Origin: an uncultured Chloroflexia bacterium
Lineage (GTDB): Bacteria > Chloroflexota > Limnocylindria > Limnocylindrales > CSP1-4
NCBI GenBank assembly: GCA_963833225.1
Contig: CAWHXD010000005.1
Location: 64,001-128,000, forward strand
Length of the DNA: 64,000 nt
Reading direction: 5' to 3'
Positions 44,067 to 54,680 of the stretch are shown here, one piece after another. Every line of letters begins with the position of its first letter. Position 1 is the first letter of the stretch. The notes beneath the pieces were generated by a model, which made no database searches, had not been told where the DNA came from, and was given only the letters and a program-made list of their open reading frames with translations. A program made the translations under genes and the position numbers.

Positions 44067-45968
44067 GTGACTGAGATCGGGAGTGTGCTGGGCGGCCGGT
44101 ATCGCCTGGTTGAGCTCCTCGGCCAGGGTGGCATGGCGACCATCTACCGGGCGCGCGACGCCCAGCTGGATCGGGACGTCGCCGTCAAGCTGCTGCGCTC
44201 CGAGCTCGGGCGAGACCCGGACTTCCTGGCTCGCTTCCGCGACGAGGCTCGAGCCGCCGCTTCGCTCAACCACCCGAACATCGTGTCCGTGTTCGATTTC
44301 GGCGAGGAGGCGTCCGGCCCGTACATCGTGATGGAGCTGATCGACGGCCAGGACCTGTCGTCGATGCTGCGCGAGAACGGTCACCTCGCCCCGCGCCAGG
44401 CCGCCCGCGTCGCCGCCGAGGTTGCCAAGGCGCTCCACGCGGCCCATGTCCGCGGGATCGTGCACCGGGACGTCAAGCCTTCGAACATCCTGGTCGGTCG
44501 CGACGGCCGCGTGAAGGTCGCCGACTTCGGGATCGCTCGCGCCCTCACGGAGGCGCAGGTGACGCTTCCGGGCACCACGATGGGCTCGGTCCACTACTTC
44601 AGCCCCGAGCAGGCCCGAGGTGAGAACGCGACCCAGGCGTCAGACATCTACGCGCTGGGCATCGTCCTGTACGAGTCGCTGACCGGCCAGCGTCCGTTCT
44701 CCGGCGACGGGGCGGCAGCCGTCGCGCTGGCCCGCCTGACCACCACGCCCCCGCGGCCCTCGGCGCTTCGCGCGGGCACGCCCGTCGAGCTCGACCGGAT
44801 CGTGCAGCGCGCGATGGCGCTCAACCCGGCCGATCGGTTTGCGTCATCGGCCTCGATGGCCAGCGCGCTCGAGGGGTGGCTCGCAGACCCGGCGGCCGCT
44901 CAGCCCGGGACCGCCGCCGCAGGGGCCGCGGCCGCCGGGGCTACCCGCACCGTCGCATCGGCGCAGGCTCGCCAGAATGCCCTTCCGTATCCGGCCGACG
45001 CCTACGCCCGATCGGCACCACCGGCATCCGTCTCCACGCGCGGGACGCCTCCTCCGCCGCCCGGAACCAGCCTTGATGGTGAGGACGCCGGCGGTTCCGG
45101 CCCCTGGGCCTGGATCGCCGGCCTGATCGGGCTCGTCATCCTCGGGATCGTCGGCTTCCTGGTCTTCCAGATGCTGACCAGCGGGGGGGCAACCTCCCCG
45201 TCGGCCAGCCCATCCCCGTCGGTCTCCGAATCGCCATCGACCGGCACCGTGGTCGTGCCCCTGTTCGTCGACCTCTCCATCACCGAAGCGCAGTCGCAGG
45301 CCGATCAGCTCGGCATCCGGCTGGTCATCGCCGGGACCGAGGAGCGCACGGACATCGATCCCGACATCGTCCTCTCGCAGGATCCGACCGAGGGAGCATC
45401 CATCGCCGAGGGCTCCGACGTGAGGATCACGATCTCGCGCGGGCCGACCTCGGTCGCCGTGCCGGACCTCCGCACCCGGCCCGAGAACGAGGCCCTCCAG
45501 CTGATCGTGACGGCCAAGCTGACGGTGGGCCAGAAGACCACCGCGTTCGACCCGACCATCCCCAAGAACGTCGTGATCTCGCAGAGCCCGAGCCCTGGCA
45601 TCCTTGTGGCCCTCGGCACACCCGTCGACTACGTGGTGTCCGCCGGGCCCGAGCCCACCCCCACGCCCAGCCCGACGCCCAGCCCCACGCCCAGCCCGAC
45701 GCCCACACCGGTGCCGACCCCGACGCCCACGCCGGCGCCGGTCAACGTCGGCGACTACCAGTGCGTGACGGTCGAGGTGGCCACGAACCTGATCGACGCG
45801 GACGGGTTCGCGCTTGGCACGGTGACCTCCGAGCCGGCCGGCACGGACCCGGTCCCGCAGACGTGGATCGTCATCGACCAGGCGCCGAATCCCGGCGCGA
45901 AGCGCCCGATCGGGACGGCGATCAATCTCGTCGCTGCCGATCCGGCCACCGTGACGACCTGCCCCTGA
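44067..45968 (+). CDS. pknB: Membrane Ser/Thr kinase with about three PASTA domains
   Basis: GQGGMA, VAVK, HRDVKPSN, DFG, YFSPE, TM helix, PASTA repeats (VLSQDP, VISQSP, VIDQAP). Confidence 0.93.
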   Translation: MTEIGSVLGGRYRLVELLGQGGMATIYRARDAQLDRDVAVKLLRSELGRDPDFLARFRDEARAAASLNHPNIVSVFDFGEEASGPYIVMELIDGQDLSSMLRENGHLAPRQAARVAAEVAKALHAAHVRGIVHRDVKPSNILVGRDGRVKVADFGIARALTEAQVTLPGTTMGSVHYFSPEQARGENATQASDIYALGIVLYESLTGQRPFSGDGAAAVALARLTTTPPRPSALRAGTPVELDRIVQRAMALNPADRFASSASMASALEGWLADPAAAQPGTAAAGAAAAGATRTVASAQARQNALPYPADAYARSAPPASVSTRGTPPPPPGTSLDGEDAGGSGPWAWIAGLIGLVILGIVGFLVFQMLTSGGATSPSASPSPSVSESPSTGTVVVPLFVDLSITEAQSQADQLGIRLVIAGTEERTDIDPDIVLSQDPTEGASIAEGSDVRITISRGPTSVAVPDLRTRPENEALQLIVTAKLTVGQKTTAFDPTIPKNVVISQSPSPGILVALGTPVDYVVSAGPEPTPTPSPTPSPTPSPTPTPVPTPTPTPAPVNVGDYQCVTVEVATNLIDADGFALGTVTSEPAGTDPVPQTWIVIDQAPNPGAKRPIGTAINLVAADPATVTTCP

Positions 45969-45984
45969 GGGGGCCCCGGACGGT

Positions 45985-46460
45985 CTAGAGGTCCGGCCAG
46001 GGCTCCGGATCGCCCCACAGCCACCACGCGCCGGGGATACGACCGCCCGCGCCCGTCGCCGGCGAGATCTGGGCGGCCCGGGCCACGGCGGCATCCATGG
46101 TCCCGGTTCGGGTGGCGTGCATGGGGCGGGGTCCGGCGGGCGGCGTGGATGCCTCGACCGGAACGAATGTTCTGGGCTCACGCACCGAGGTCCCCCGCCG
46201 GGCGCAACCCCGGGCCCAACGGCCACCGGTTGACGCGAGCCCGGCTCGGGTGGCTGTGGCGTTCCGACCCAGCAGGCGCGCATCTCGAACCCCGTCAGCG
46301 CCGGGTGCCGGGGATCCAGGCCGCACACGCCCAGGCCACCCGCGACGCCCCTTCGGAAGTGGCGGCACGTCATACACGAGGTGGTGGAGCGGCGGCAGAC
46401 CCAGCAGCGGGACGACTCCGGCTGCGGGGTGGCGCAGTGGGGGCACCGCCAGACCGCCAT
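45985..46460 (-). CDS. Cys-rich zinc-ribbon-like protein, frameshift near 46190
   Basis: MAVWRCPHC...CWVC...CMTCRHF...C...CW; C-terminal WWLWGD in another frame. Confidence 0.7.
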
Positions 46461-46521
46461 GGAAGGATCGTCGCTGCGCCCGGGGCGGCTGTCGAGCCGT
46501 TTCCGCTTCGGGGCCGAACGC

Positions 46522-47733
46522 CTATTCGACGACGGTGAGGACCTGGCGGTCGCTGACGTCCCCCTGCCCGGCGACGGTGACGAGGACGGTGGCCAGGCCA
46601 CCGCCTGGCATGGCTCCCGGCGGGACCGTGGTGGTGAAGCTCGCCACGCCGTTGCCGTCGGTCGCGATCTCTGCCGAGACGATCGCCTCCAGGCCCGGGA
46701 CGCTGACCGTGAACAGCGCGACGGCGCCCTGCAGGCGTCGGCCATCGGGATCGGTGACTGTCACCGTGAGCGTGATCTTCTTGGGCAGCTTCGAGGCCTT
46801 GAACCGGTCGGTCGAGGCGGACAGGACCGCGGTCAGCTTGCCCGATCCCTTGCGCACCGTCAGCTCCGCGGTGTTCTCGTTTCCGGCCGGGTCGGTCGCG
46901 CGGACGGTGATCAGGTTCACGCCGACGGCGATGGCGATGGGCGTCTCCCACAGGCCGTCGCTGCCGGCGATGGTCGTGGCGATGGCGCCATTGGCGGCGT
47001 TCTGGAGGCGGATCTCGGCGCCGGCCTGCGACTTGCCCTTGACCGTGACGTTGGACCGGTTGACCAGGGCGTTGTCCTTGGGCGAGATGACGCTGACCTT
47101 GGGCTTGGACCGATCCAGGATCCAGGTTGCGACCTCGGACCGCTCGCCCTCGCCACCCGGTCCGAAGATCACCGCCTGCAGGTCGTTCCGCCCGGAAGCG
47201 AGGGTCACCCCGACGAACACGTGGATCGACGTCGCCCCGACCGGCTCCTCGCGGATGAGCTCGGGCTCCTGGTCCGCCAGGGTGTCGTACAGCCGGATGG
47301 TGTTGTCATTGGTGCCCGTCACGTCGGCCGGCACGTTCACCGTGATGTCCACCGTCTCGCGGTTGGTGTAGGGGTTGTCGGGGGCTTCGATCGACGGCGC
47401 GCCGGCCAGATCCGGGACATCCGTTGGGCTCGGGCTGGCGGTCACCGTCGCGACATCCGGCACAAGTCCGCCAATGCCCTGGAGGGCCGATGCGACCAGC
47501 GGCCCGAGCTGCGCGAGGCTCACCCAGAGGATCGTGCCGCCGAGCAGGACGATCGATGCGGCGAGCAGGATCTTGGGCGCGAGGGGCAGTCCGTGGCGGC
47601 GCTCGATGCGGCGATAGCGGTCGAGCCGGGCGGGCGACGGAGTGACCGGCCGCACGCGTGTGGGCGACGGGCGGCCGGTGGAGGGGGGGCGCGGCCTGAC
47701 CTGTGAGGGCCGGTCACCGTGGCGGGGGTCCAT
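46522..47733 (-). CDS. Membrane-anchored protein with tandem Ig-like domains
   Basis: Basic N-tail, TM helix, LASGRN, GVNLITVRATDPAGN, VTVTDPDG beta-sandwich motifs. Confidence 0.8.
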   Translation of the reverse strand: MDPRHGDRPSQVRPRPPSTGRPSPTRVRPVTPSPARLDRYRRIERRHGLPLAPKILLAASIVLLGGTILWVSLAQLGPLVASALQGIGGLVPDVATVTASPSPTDVPDLAGAPSIEAPDNPYTNRETVDITVNVPADVTGTNDNTIRLYDTLADQEPELIREEPVGATSIHVFVGVTLASGRNDLQAVIFGPGGEGERSEVATWILDRSKPKVSVISPKDNALVNRSNVTVKGKSQAGAEIRLQNAANGAIATTIAGSDGLWETPIAIAVGVNLITVRATDPAGNENTAELTVRKGSGKLTAVLSASTDRFKASKLPKKITLTVTVTDPDGRRLQGAVALFTVSVPGLEAIVSAEIATDGNGVASFTTTVPPGAMPGGGLATVLVTVAGQGDVSDRQVLTVVE

Positions 47734-47885
47734 CGGGCGCGATTGTCGCATGAAGCGGCCGGATAGCCATTGGACGAGGTGACGTGGTCCGAGACGCGGC
47801 GGGATCGTGTCGGTGCGCGGTGATACGCTCCCCAATGCGACTCGCCCCTGCTGTCCCGTGGGGCGTCTGCGCACGCGAGGGAGCC

Positions 47886-48503
47886 GTGGAGCCGCGCGAC
47901 CGGAGACCCGTCCGACCGTCGCCGGGGGATCGAGGCTCATGGAGCCATGGGCCGATCTCCCGCGTGAACCCGCGCCCGGCGAGCCAGGCCGCAGGCGACG
48001 ATGATCCGCGCGCCGCGCACGCTGCCGGCCGGCCCGTGATGCCCGCTGTGCCACCGCCGCGGTACCCGTCCGCGCCACTCGAGACCGGCGCAGCCGGCCG
48101 TCCCCGTCCGCCGGTCTTCGGCCGCCGGCCGTCGCGCTTCCAGTCCTCGCCGCCGACCGAGCGCGGGTCCGTCGCGATGTACGGCCGCCCGGCCGCGCCC
48201 TATCCCGTCCGGCCCGGCGCGACCGGCGGACCGCGCACGTCCTCGCCGCCGGTGCGAGGGGGGTTCGGCCTGCCGAGCCTGCGGCGCAACGTCTGCCCGC
48301 ACTTCTACATGACCGGGTCCCGTGGCGCGATCCCGATCCAGGCGCCGCACCTGCTCAAGGGCCTGCTGCGCCAGGCGAACAACATCTCGCGCTGCCAGCT
48401 GCGCGGCGGAGTCCACCTCGACGAGGGGTTCGTCAACGACGTCTGCTTGACGCCGCGGTTCAACCAGTGCGTGTTCTACGAGGACGGCCTGAACCAGGAG
48501 TGA
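47886..48503 (+). CDS. Hypothetical protein: disordered Pro/Arg N-region plus four-Cys C-terminal domain
   Basis: GGGAG RBS before GTG 47886; CPHF...C...CL...CVFY; stop overlaps the folC start. Confidence 0.7.
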   Translation: MEPRDRRPVRPSPGDRGSWSHGPISRVNPRPASQAAGDDDPRAAHAAGRPVMPAVPPPRYPSAPLETGAAGRPRPPVFGRRPSRFQSSPPTERGSVAMYGRPAAPYPVRPGATGGPRTSSPPVRGGFGLPSLRRNVCPHFYMTGSRGAIPIQAPHLLKGLLRQANNISRCQLRGGVHLDEGFVNDVCLTPRFNQCVFYEDGLNQE

Positions 48504-49919
48504 CGCGACCTGGCTCCCCCGCGCCCCCGCACCTACGCCGAGGCCCTCGAGGCCATCGACGCCCGCGGCCGGTATCGGCATCCGACTGGGTCTTGGCCGG
48601 GTCCGGGCGCTGCTCCGTGCGCTCGGTGAGCCCCAGCTCGGCATCCACGGCGCGCTGGTGGCCGGGACAAACGGAAAGGGCAGCGTGATCGCCCTCGCAG
48701 CGTCCGCCTTGCGGGCGGCCGGCTACCGGGTGGGGGAGACGCCCAAGCCCCACCTCGGTGAGCTACCGCGAGCGCATCGTCGTGGATGGCCATCCGATCG
48801 CGGCCGCGGACTTCGCCCGGCTGGTGGACCTGGCCGTCGCCGCCGCTGACGGCGTCGCCCGTCGCCTCGGGACCGCCGACCGAGTTCGAGCTGCTGACGG
48901 CGGTCATGTTCCGGCACTTCGCGGAGGTATCGCTCGACCTGGCGCTGGTCGAGGTCGGTCTGGGCGGCCGGCTGGATGCCACCAACGCCTGGGACGGAGG
49001 TGTCGCGGTGCTGACCAACGTCGGGCTGGACCACACCGACCGGCTGGGACCCACGATCGAGCACATCGCCCGCGAGAAGGTCGCCATCGTCAAGCGTGGC
49101 GACGTGGCGGTCACGGGGGCCGAAGGTGCAGCGCTGGCCATCCTGCGACGGCGCTGCGCGCGCCTGGGCGTGCCGCTCGCCGTGGCGGCCCCGGCACCGC
49201 TCCTCGGCTGGTCGCGTGACGGGGTCACCGTGGAGCTGCCCCGGCTGGGGGCGGTGGACGTTGGGCTCCGGGGACGTCACCAGGCGGCCAACGTCGCGGT
49301 CGCCGACGGCCTGCTGGACGCCCTGGAGGAGGCTGGGATCGCGACCGTCGGCGCGGCGGCCCGGCGACGAGGCTACGCGGCCGCCCGCTGGCCGGGACGG
49401 CTCGAGCTCGTCACGGTGCCCGCACAGGCCGGCCGGCCTGCGCGCGAGGTCCTCCTCGACGGCGCGCACAATGCCGATGGCGCGGCTGCGCTCGCGCGGG
49501 CGCTGGAGGACCTGCGGCCGCACCTCGCCGGCGGTGGAGAGACGCCACCGGCGCCGGTGACGGTCCTCTGGGCATCGATGGCCGACAAGGACGTCAAGGC
49601 CGTCGTGGCCGCCGCCGCCACGACGGCGCTCGCGGGCGCCACCGTCGTGTGCACCTCGCTCGATCTGCCTCGTGCGCTTCCTGCCGGTGATCTGGCGGCG
49701 GCCTGGCGGGCGGCGCTTCGCGTGCCGGCGACCGACATGGAGGCCATCGCGGACGTGCGAGCCGTGGCGGACGTCGATGCGGCGCTGGACCTCGCGCTGG
49801 CCCTGGGGCGCGGGCCGCTCGTGGTTGCGGGCTCGCTCTATCTCGTGGGGGCGGTGCGGGCAAGGCTCGTCGACGATCCGGACCTGCGGGATCCCGGCGA
49901 GGCGCCGGACCGGGCATGA
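48500..49919 (+). CDS. folC: Folylpolyglutamate/dihydrofolate synthase, several 5' frameshifts
   Basis: AGTNGKGS, SYRERI, TEFE, EVGLGGRLDATN, WPGRLE, LDGAHN, GSLYLVG. Confidence 0.93.
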
Positions 49920-49926
49920 TCACCGC

Positions 49927-50907
49927 ATGAGCGACCGCGACCTCCCCGCCGAGCGCGGCGTGGTCGCTGCCCGGCCCGAGCTGGGCGGCGGCGCTGCCAC
50001 GCCCTCGTTCAACCTTCCCGGCGACGCCGATCCGGGTCTTCCCGGCGCGCCGCTTCCGGTGTGGATTGGCCCCACGCTGTTCCGGTGGGGCGCGCGCACC
50101 CACGTCATGGGGATCCTCAACGTGACCCTCGACAGCTTCTCCGGCGATGGCCTGCTGGCCACGGCCGACCCGGTGGCGGCCGCCCTTGCCCAGGCTCGAC
50201 ACATGGTCGCGGACGGCGCCGACGTGCTGGACATCGGCGGGGCATCGAGCCGTCCCGGTCACGCTCCGCTCGAGCCCGCGCGGGAGATCGGTCGCGTGGT
50301 ACCGGTCATCCGCGCCGTTGCGGCCGCCCTCCCGGACACCGTGATCTCGATCGACACCACCAGCCCGGCGGTCGCCGAGGCCGCCCTCGACGCCGGCGCG
50401 CACCTCCTCAACGACGTCTGGGGTGTCGCCGAGGACCCGGGCATGATCCGCGTCGCCGCCGAGCGTGGCGTGCCCATCGTCCTGATGCACAACCGCGCCG
50501 AGCCCCGCTACCGGAACCTGGTCGCCGACGTCATCGCCGATCTGCACGGGGCGCTGGAGCGCGCGCTGGCCGTCGGGGTCCCGTGGGAGCGGCTGATCAT
50601 CGACCCTGGGTTCGGCTTCGGCAAGACGCCCGACCACAATCTCGCCCTGCTCGCGAACCTGTCCGCGATCCGGGTCCTGGGACGGCCGATGTTGCTGGGG
50701 ACGTCGCGCAAGTCAAGCCTCGGCAAGGTCCTGGACCTGCCCGCCGACCAGCGCGTCGAGGCAACCACCGCGACCACGGCCCTCGGCATCGCCGCCGGTG
50801 TCGACATCGTGCGAGTCCACGACGTGCGCGAGAACGTCCGGACGGTGCGGGTCGCGGATGCGATCCTGCGCGGGTGGCGCCCGGACGGGTGGCCCGGAGG
50901 AGCCTGA
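49927..50907 (+). CDS. folP: Dihydropteroate synthase
   Basis: MGILNVT.DSFS, ISIDT, NDVWG, LMH, DPGFGFGK, SRK, RVHDV. Confidence 0.96.
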   Translation: MSDRDLPAERGVVAARPELGGGAATPSFNLPGDADPGLPGAPLPVWIGPTLFRWGARTHVMGILNVTLDSFSGDGLLATADPVAAALAQARHMVADGADVLDIGGASSRPGHAPLEPAREIGRVVPVIRAVAAALPDTVISIDTTSPAVAEAALDAGAHLLNDVWGVAEDPGMIRVAAERGVPIVLMHNRAEPRYRNLVADVIADLHGALERALAVGVPWERLIIDPGFGFGKTPDHNLALLANLSAIRVLGRPMLLGTSRKSSLGKVLDLPADQRVEATTATTALGIAAGVDIVRVHDVRENVRTVRVADAILRGWRPDGWPGGA

Positions 50908-50913
50908 CCAACC

Positions 50914-51291
50914 GTGAGCGACCGGATCGTCCTGGACTCGATGACCTTCATGGGCACCCACGGTGTCTACGCGGAGGAGCAGCTCACGCCGCAGCCGTTC
51001 GAGGTCGACGTGGAGCTGATGCTCAACCTGGAGCCGGCGGGGCTCTCGGACGACCTCGAGCGGACCGTCGACTATGGTCAGGTCTTCGAGACCTGCCGCC
51101 AGATCGTGGAGTCCACCCGTTTCGACCTCATCGAGGCCCTTGCCGAAGCCATCGCCCAGGAGCTGCTGGTCGGCTTCCCGGTCGACGAGGTCACGGTCCG
51201 GATCCGCAAGCCGAAGGTGAAGCTGGGCGGCACGTTGCGCTCGGCAGGAGTCGAGATCCGGCGCCGTCGTCGCTCGGTGTCGACAGGCTGA
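50914..51291 (+). CDS. folB: Dihydroneopterin aldolase
   Basis: HGVYAEE, QPFEVD, SDDLERTVDY, LIEALA, RKP. Confidence 0.96.
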   Translation: MSDRIVLDSMTFMGTHGVYAEEQLTPQPFEVDVELMLNLEPAGLSDDLERTVDYGQVFETCRQIVESTRFDLIEALAEAIAQELLVGFPVDEVTVRIRKPKVKLGGTLRSAGVEIRRRRRSVSTG

Positions 51292-51413
51292 GCGGTTCGA
51301 GCCACTGGCCGCGGAGGTGTCCCTCCGCCCCCGGAACGTCGGACGCGCCGTCCGGGCCCTCCGGGCGGCGCGCTGTGTCGCGAGGCGGCGGACACCCGCC
51401 CTTCGCCACGTGG

Positions 51414-52883
51414 CTAGAGGTTGCTGGGCCTGGTCCCGAGCACCACCGTGAGCTTGATGGTCGCCCCGTTGCGGAGCACGTCGAGGACGATGCTGTCCTC
51501 GGGCGCGAACTGCGTGAGCACCGCATCGAGCGGATGCTCCTGGTCGATCTTGATCCCGTTGATGGCCACGATGACATCGCCGTCCTGGATCCCGGCCAGG
51601 GCCGCCGGGCTACCGTCGACGACGGCGGATCCGGCGCCATTCGCGTTGGTCACGAGCGCGCCGTTGTCGACGGTCAGGCTGTTGTCGGTCTTCACCTGCT
51701 GGTTGATCGAGGTGAACCGGATGCCGATCCATGGACGGCTGAGCTTCTCGCCCTTCAGGGCCTGGCTCATGATCGGCTTCGCGATGTCGATGGGGATCGC
51801 GAAGCCGATGCCTGCAGACTGCGTGGCAACGGCGGTGTTGATGCCCACGACCGCGCCAGTGGCGTCGGCAAGCGGACCGCCGGAGTTGCCGGGGTTGATG
51901 GCGGCGTCGGTCTGGATCAGGTTGTTGATGCGGGTCCCGCTGTCAACCACGATGTCGCGACCCTCGCCGGAGACGATGCCACTGGTCACCGAGAACGAAT
52001 AGGTGCCGAGGGGGCTGCCGATGGCGACCACGAGCTGCCCGATCTTGAGCCCATCGCTCGCACCCAGCGTCGCGACTGGCAGGCCGGTCGCGTCGATCTT
52101 GACGATGGCCAGGTCTGTCAGCGTGTCGATGCCGTACACCCGGCCGTCGAACTGGCGACCGTCCTTGAGCTCGACGGTGAGCTTCTCGGCATCGGCGATG
52201 ACGTGTCGATTGGTGAGGATCCATCCGTTCGAGTCGTAGATGAAGCCGGAGCCCACGCCCTCGCTGGGCACGCCGCCGAACGGATCGTTCGAGGCGCCCT
52301 CGACGGTGATCTTGACGACGGCGGGCCCGACCTTCTCGGCCGCATCGATGACAGCCGACGACTCGTCGATCGTCACGGGCTGCTGGCCGGAGGTGGGCAG
52401 CGCCGCCCCGGTGTTCGACGTCGGTGCCGGCCGGTCGAACGCGCCGGTCTGGTTGAGCGCGACGACGGTCCCGCCCGAGGCGAGCACGGCTGACAGCAGG
52501 GACGCCATGACGATCGTGCCGACGCCTGCTCCGCCGCGCTTGCCCGGCGGCGGCTGCGAAACGCCGCCCGGCGTCCCGAAGGCCGGCGGCTGCGACCCAC
52601 CTGTCCCCGTCGCGGGTTGGCCCCAGGCAGGCGGCGCGCCATAGGGCTGCCCGCCATAGGGCTGCCCACCATAGGGCTGCCCACCGAGCGGCGGCGGGCT
52701 CGAGGTCGCCGGCTCCGGCCAGCGCTCCGGGCCGGGCCGGTTGTCCGGCGAGGCCCATGCCCAGCGGGCGTCCGGCCGCGGATCGGGCGGCGGCGCGTAG
52801 CGGGGGACCTCGGTGGGCTGGGTGTCGTCAAGCGGATCGGGACCGGCGGGCTGGGGCTCGCCGGGGACGGGGTTTTCGTTCAT
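51414..52883 (-). CDS. htrA: HtrA/DegP-family serine protease with PDZ domain
   Basis: TM helix, GSGF, TNRHV, DLA, QTDAAINPGNSGGP, PDZ (GSPAALAGIQDGD). Confidence 0.93.
   Translation of the reverse strand: MNENPVPGEPQPAGPDPLDDTQPTEVPRYAPPPDPRPDARWAWASPDNRPGPERWPEPATSSPPPLGGQPYGGQPYGGQPYGAPPAWGQPATGTGGSQPPAFGTPGGVSQPPPGKRGGAGVGTIVMASLLSAVLASGGTVVALNQTGAFDRPAPTSNTGAALPTSGQQPVTIDESSAVIDAAEKVGPAVVKITVEGASNDPFGGVPSEGVGSGFIYDSNGWILTNRHVIADAEKLTVELKDGRQFDGRVYGIDTLTDLAIVKIDATGLPVATLGASDGLKIGQLVVAIGSPLGTYSFSVTSGIVSGEGRDIVVDSGTRINNLIQTDAAINPGNSGGPLADATGAVVGINTAVATQSAGIGFAIPIDIAKPIMSQALKGEKLSRPWIGIRFTSINQQVKTDNSLTVDNGALVTNANGAGSAVVDGSPAALAGIQDGDVIVAINGIKIDQEHPLDAVLTQFAPEDSIVLDVLRNGATIKLTVVLGTRPSNL
52638..52686 (-). 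repeat. 15-nt repeat encoding GGQPY, three copies
   Basis: CCATAGGGCTGCCC(G/A) units on the + strand. Confidence 0.85.
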
Positions 52884-54679
52884 TGGGGCGGCGTGCTTCT
52901 CTCTGGCTGGTTGAGTGGCTCGGGCTCCGGCTCGCGGGAGCGTGTGGACAAGGATGCCGGAGCGGGATTCACGAGCGAGTCGCCAAGCGGTGAAGAATCG
53001 TCCACCTTTGGCGCTTCCGCTGTCGCGAGCACCCGGGGTGCCGGCCCGGCCGCGGGCTGGGCTCGCGGCGCCTCACGCATGGCCGGCTCCACGTCGATGA
53101 CCTCCCGTGGATCCCGTGGCAGCGTGACCACGAACAGGGAGCCCGCCCCCACGCGGCTCTCGACCGCGATGGTCCCGTGATGCATGTCCACGATGGACTT
53201 GGCGATGGCCAGCCCAAGGCCGGAGCCGGTGCTCCGCGCCTCGTTGTGGGCCGACCCCCGGTAGAAGCGGTCGAAGATGTGCGGCAGCTCGACGGCCGCG
53301 ATGCCGACACCCGTGTCCTCGACCTCGATCCTGGCGCCGCCGTCGGCATCGGCACGCGCCGTCACTCGCACCTCGCCCCCGCGCTCGGTGAACTTGAGAG
53401 CATTGCCGACGAGGTTGCTGACCACCTGGCCGATCCGCGGAGAGTCGTGGCGGATCCGCAGGGGGCGGTCGGGCTGCGTGATCCTGAGCCCGATGCCCCG
53501 GCGCTCGGCCGCGGCCAGCTGGTGCTCGACGGCAGACTCGATCGTGCCCCGGAGATCGTCCGGTCGGAGGTCGAGGAGTGCCAGGCCGGAGTCCAGCTTG
53601 GACAGCTCGAGCAGGTTCTGGGCGAGCCAGTCGAGCCGGTCGAGCTGCGTCGCCGACGAGCCCAGGAACTCGGCCCGTGCCGCGGGATCGACGCCGGCCG
53701 GGCCCTGGAGCAGCTCGACGAACGTCCGCATGGCCGCGATGGGGGTGCGCAGCTCGTGACTGACGTCGGCGAGAAAGTCCCGGCTCCGGTCACGGTCAGT
53801 ACGGATGATGCCGACGCTCTCCTCGAGCCGGTCGGCCATCTGGTTGAACTGGGTTGAGAGCGTCCGCAGCTCGAGCGTTCCCGACGAGAGATCGTCGGTC
53901 GCCACGCGCGAGGCGAGGTCGCCCTCGGCGAGGCGCCGCGACACGTCGGTCAGGCGCGTGATGGGCACGCTGAACCGGTGCGCGAGGAACGCCGCCACGA
54001 GCACGGCGATCAGGAACGCCGCCGCCGCCATCACGAGCAACAGCCCGTTGATCGCCGCGATCGTGGTGGCGCGGCTGGTGAACGGCTCGCTCAGGGTCGC
54101 CTCGATTCCCCAGTCCCGTTGCGTGTTCGCCCGACCCGCCGATGCCGTGGCCGGGCGGATCGCCGAATCGGGGTTCTGGCCGCGCTCCGGGTCCATCCGG
54201 GTCTCGGCCTGGAAGGAGAGCGAGCGGTCGGGCTCGGGAACGAGCGTCCCGTCCGTGTCCTGTACGGCCGGTCCGAACGAGATCTCCACCTTGGCAAGCG
54301 CAACCTCGTCGGCGACGGTCTGGAGCAGCCCGGCGTCTCGCAGCAGCACCCTGACGGCCGGGTTGAGGAGGACCTCGCCCGTCGCCGGGTCCACCCACAC
54401 GACGGGCTGGTCGTCACCGACCGCGCGGGCGATGAACAGCACCAGGATCTCGGCGGTGGCGTCGGCCCGCTCCTGGAGTCGCGTCTCCTCCTGCTGGCGG
54501 AAGAACTCGTCGAGCTTGAGCACCAGGACCGGCGCCACGAGCGTCAGCGTGAGCGCGACCACGGCCATGAACGCGAACGTGAGCCGGGTCTGGAACGACT
54601 GGGGCACCGGGCCACGCCTGCGCACGTCGCCGGTCCGGACGTGCGGCGAGCCCGCGTCCGCCTCGCGGTCGACCGTCAC
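52880..54679 (-). CDS. HAMP-domain sensor histidine kinase
   Basis: Two TM helices, HAMP, SHELRTP, NLVGNALKF, DTGVG, GSGLGLAI. Confidence 0.95.
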   Translation of the reverse strand: MTVDREADAGSPHVRTGDVRRRGPVPQSFQTRLTFAFMAVVALTLTLVAPVLVLKLDEFFRQQEETRLQERADATAEILVLFIARAVGDDQPVVWVDPATGEVLLNPAVRVLLRDAGLLQTVADEVALAKVEISFGPAVQDTDGTLVPEPDRSLSFQAETRMDPERGQNPDSAIRPATASAGRANTQRDWGIEATLSEPFTSRATTIAAINGLLLVMAAAAFLIAVLVAAFLAHRFSVPITRLTDVSRRLAEGDLASRVATDDLSSGTLELRTLSTQFNQMADRLEESVGIIRTDRDRSRDFLADVSHELRTPIAAMRTFVELLQGPAGVDPAARAEFLGSSATQLDRLDWLAQNLLELSKLDSGLALLDLRPDDLRGTIESAVEHQLAAAERRGIGLRITQPDRPLRIRHDSPRIGQVVSNLVGNALKFTERGGEVRVTARADADGGARIEVEDTGVGIAAVELPHIFDRFYRGSAHNEARSTGSGLGLAIAKSIVDMHHGTIAVESRVGAGSLFVVTLPRDPREVIDVEPAMREAPRAQPAAGPAPRVLATAEAPKVDDSSPLGDSLVNPAPASLSTRSREPEPEPLNQPERSTPPQ

Positions 54680-54680
54680 C

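Noticed and set aside
51300-51415. Long imperfect hairpin between folB and htrA as an ncRNA or MITE
   Set aside because: Single copy between convergent genes; adequately explained as a terminator-type structure
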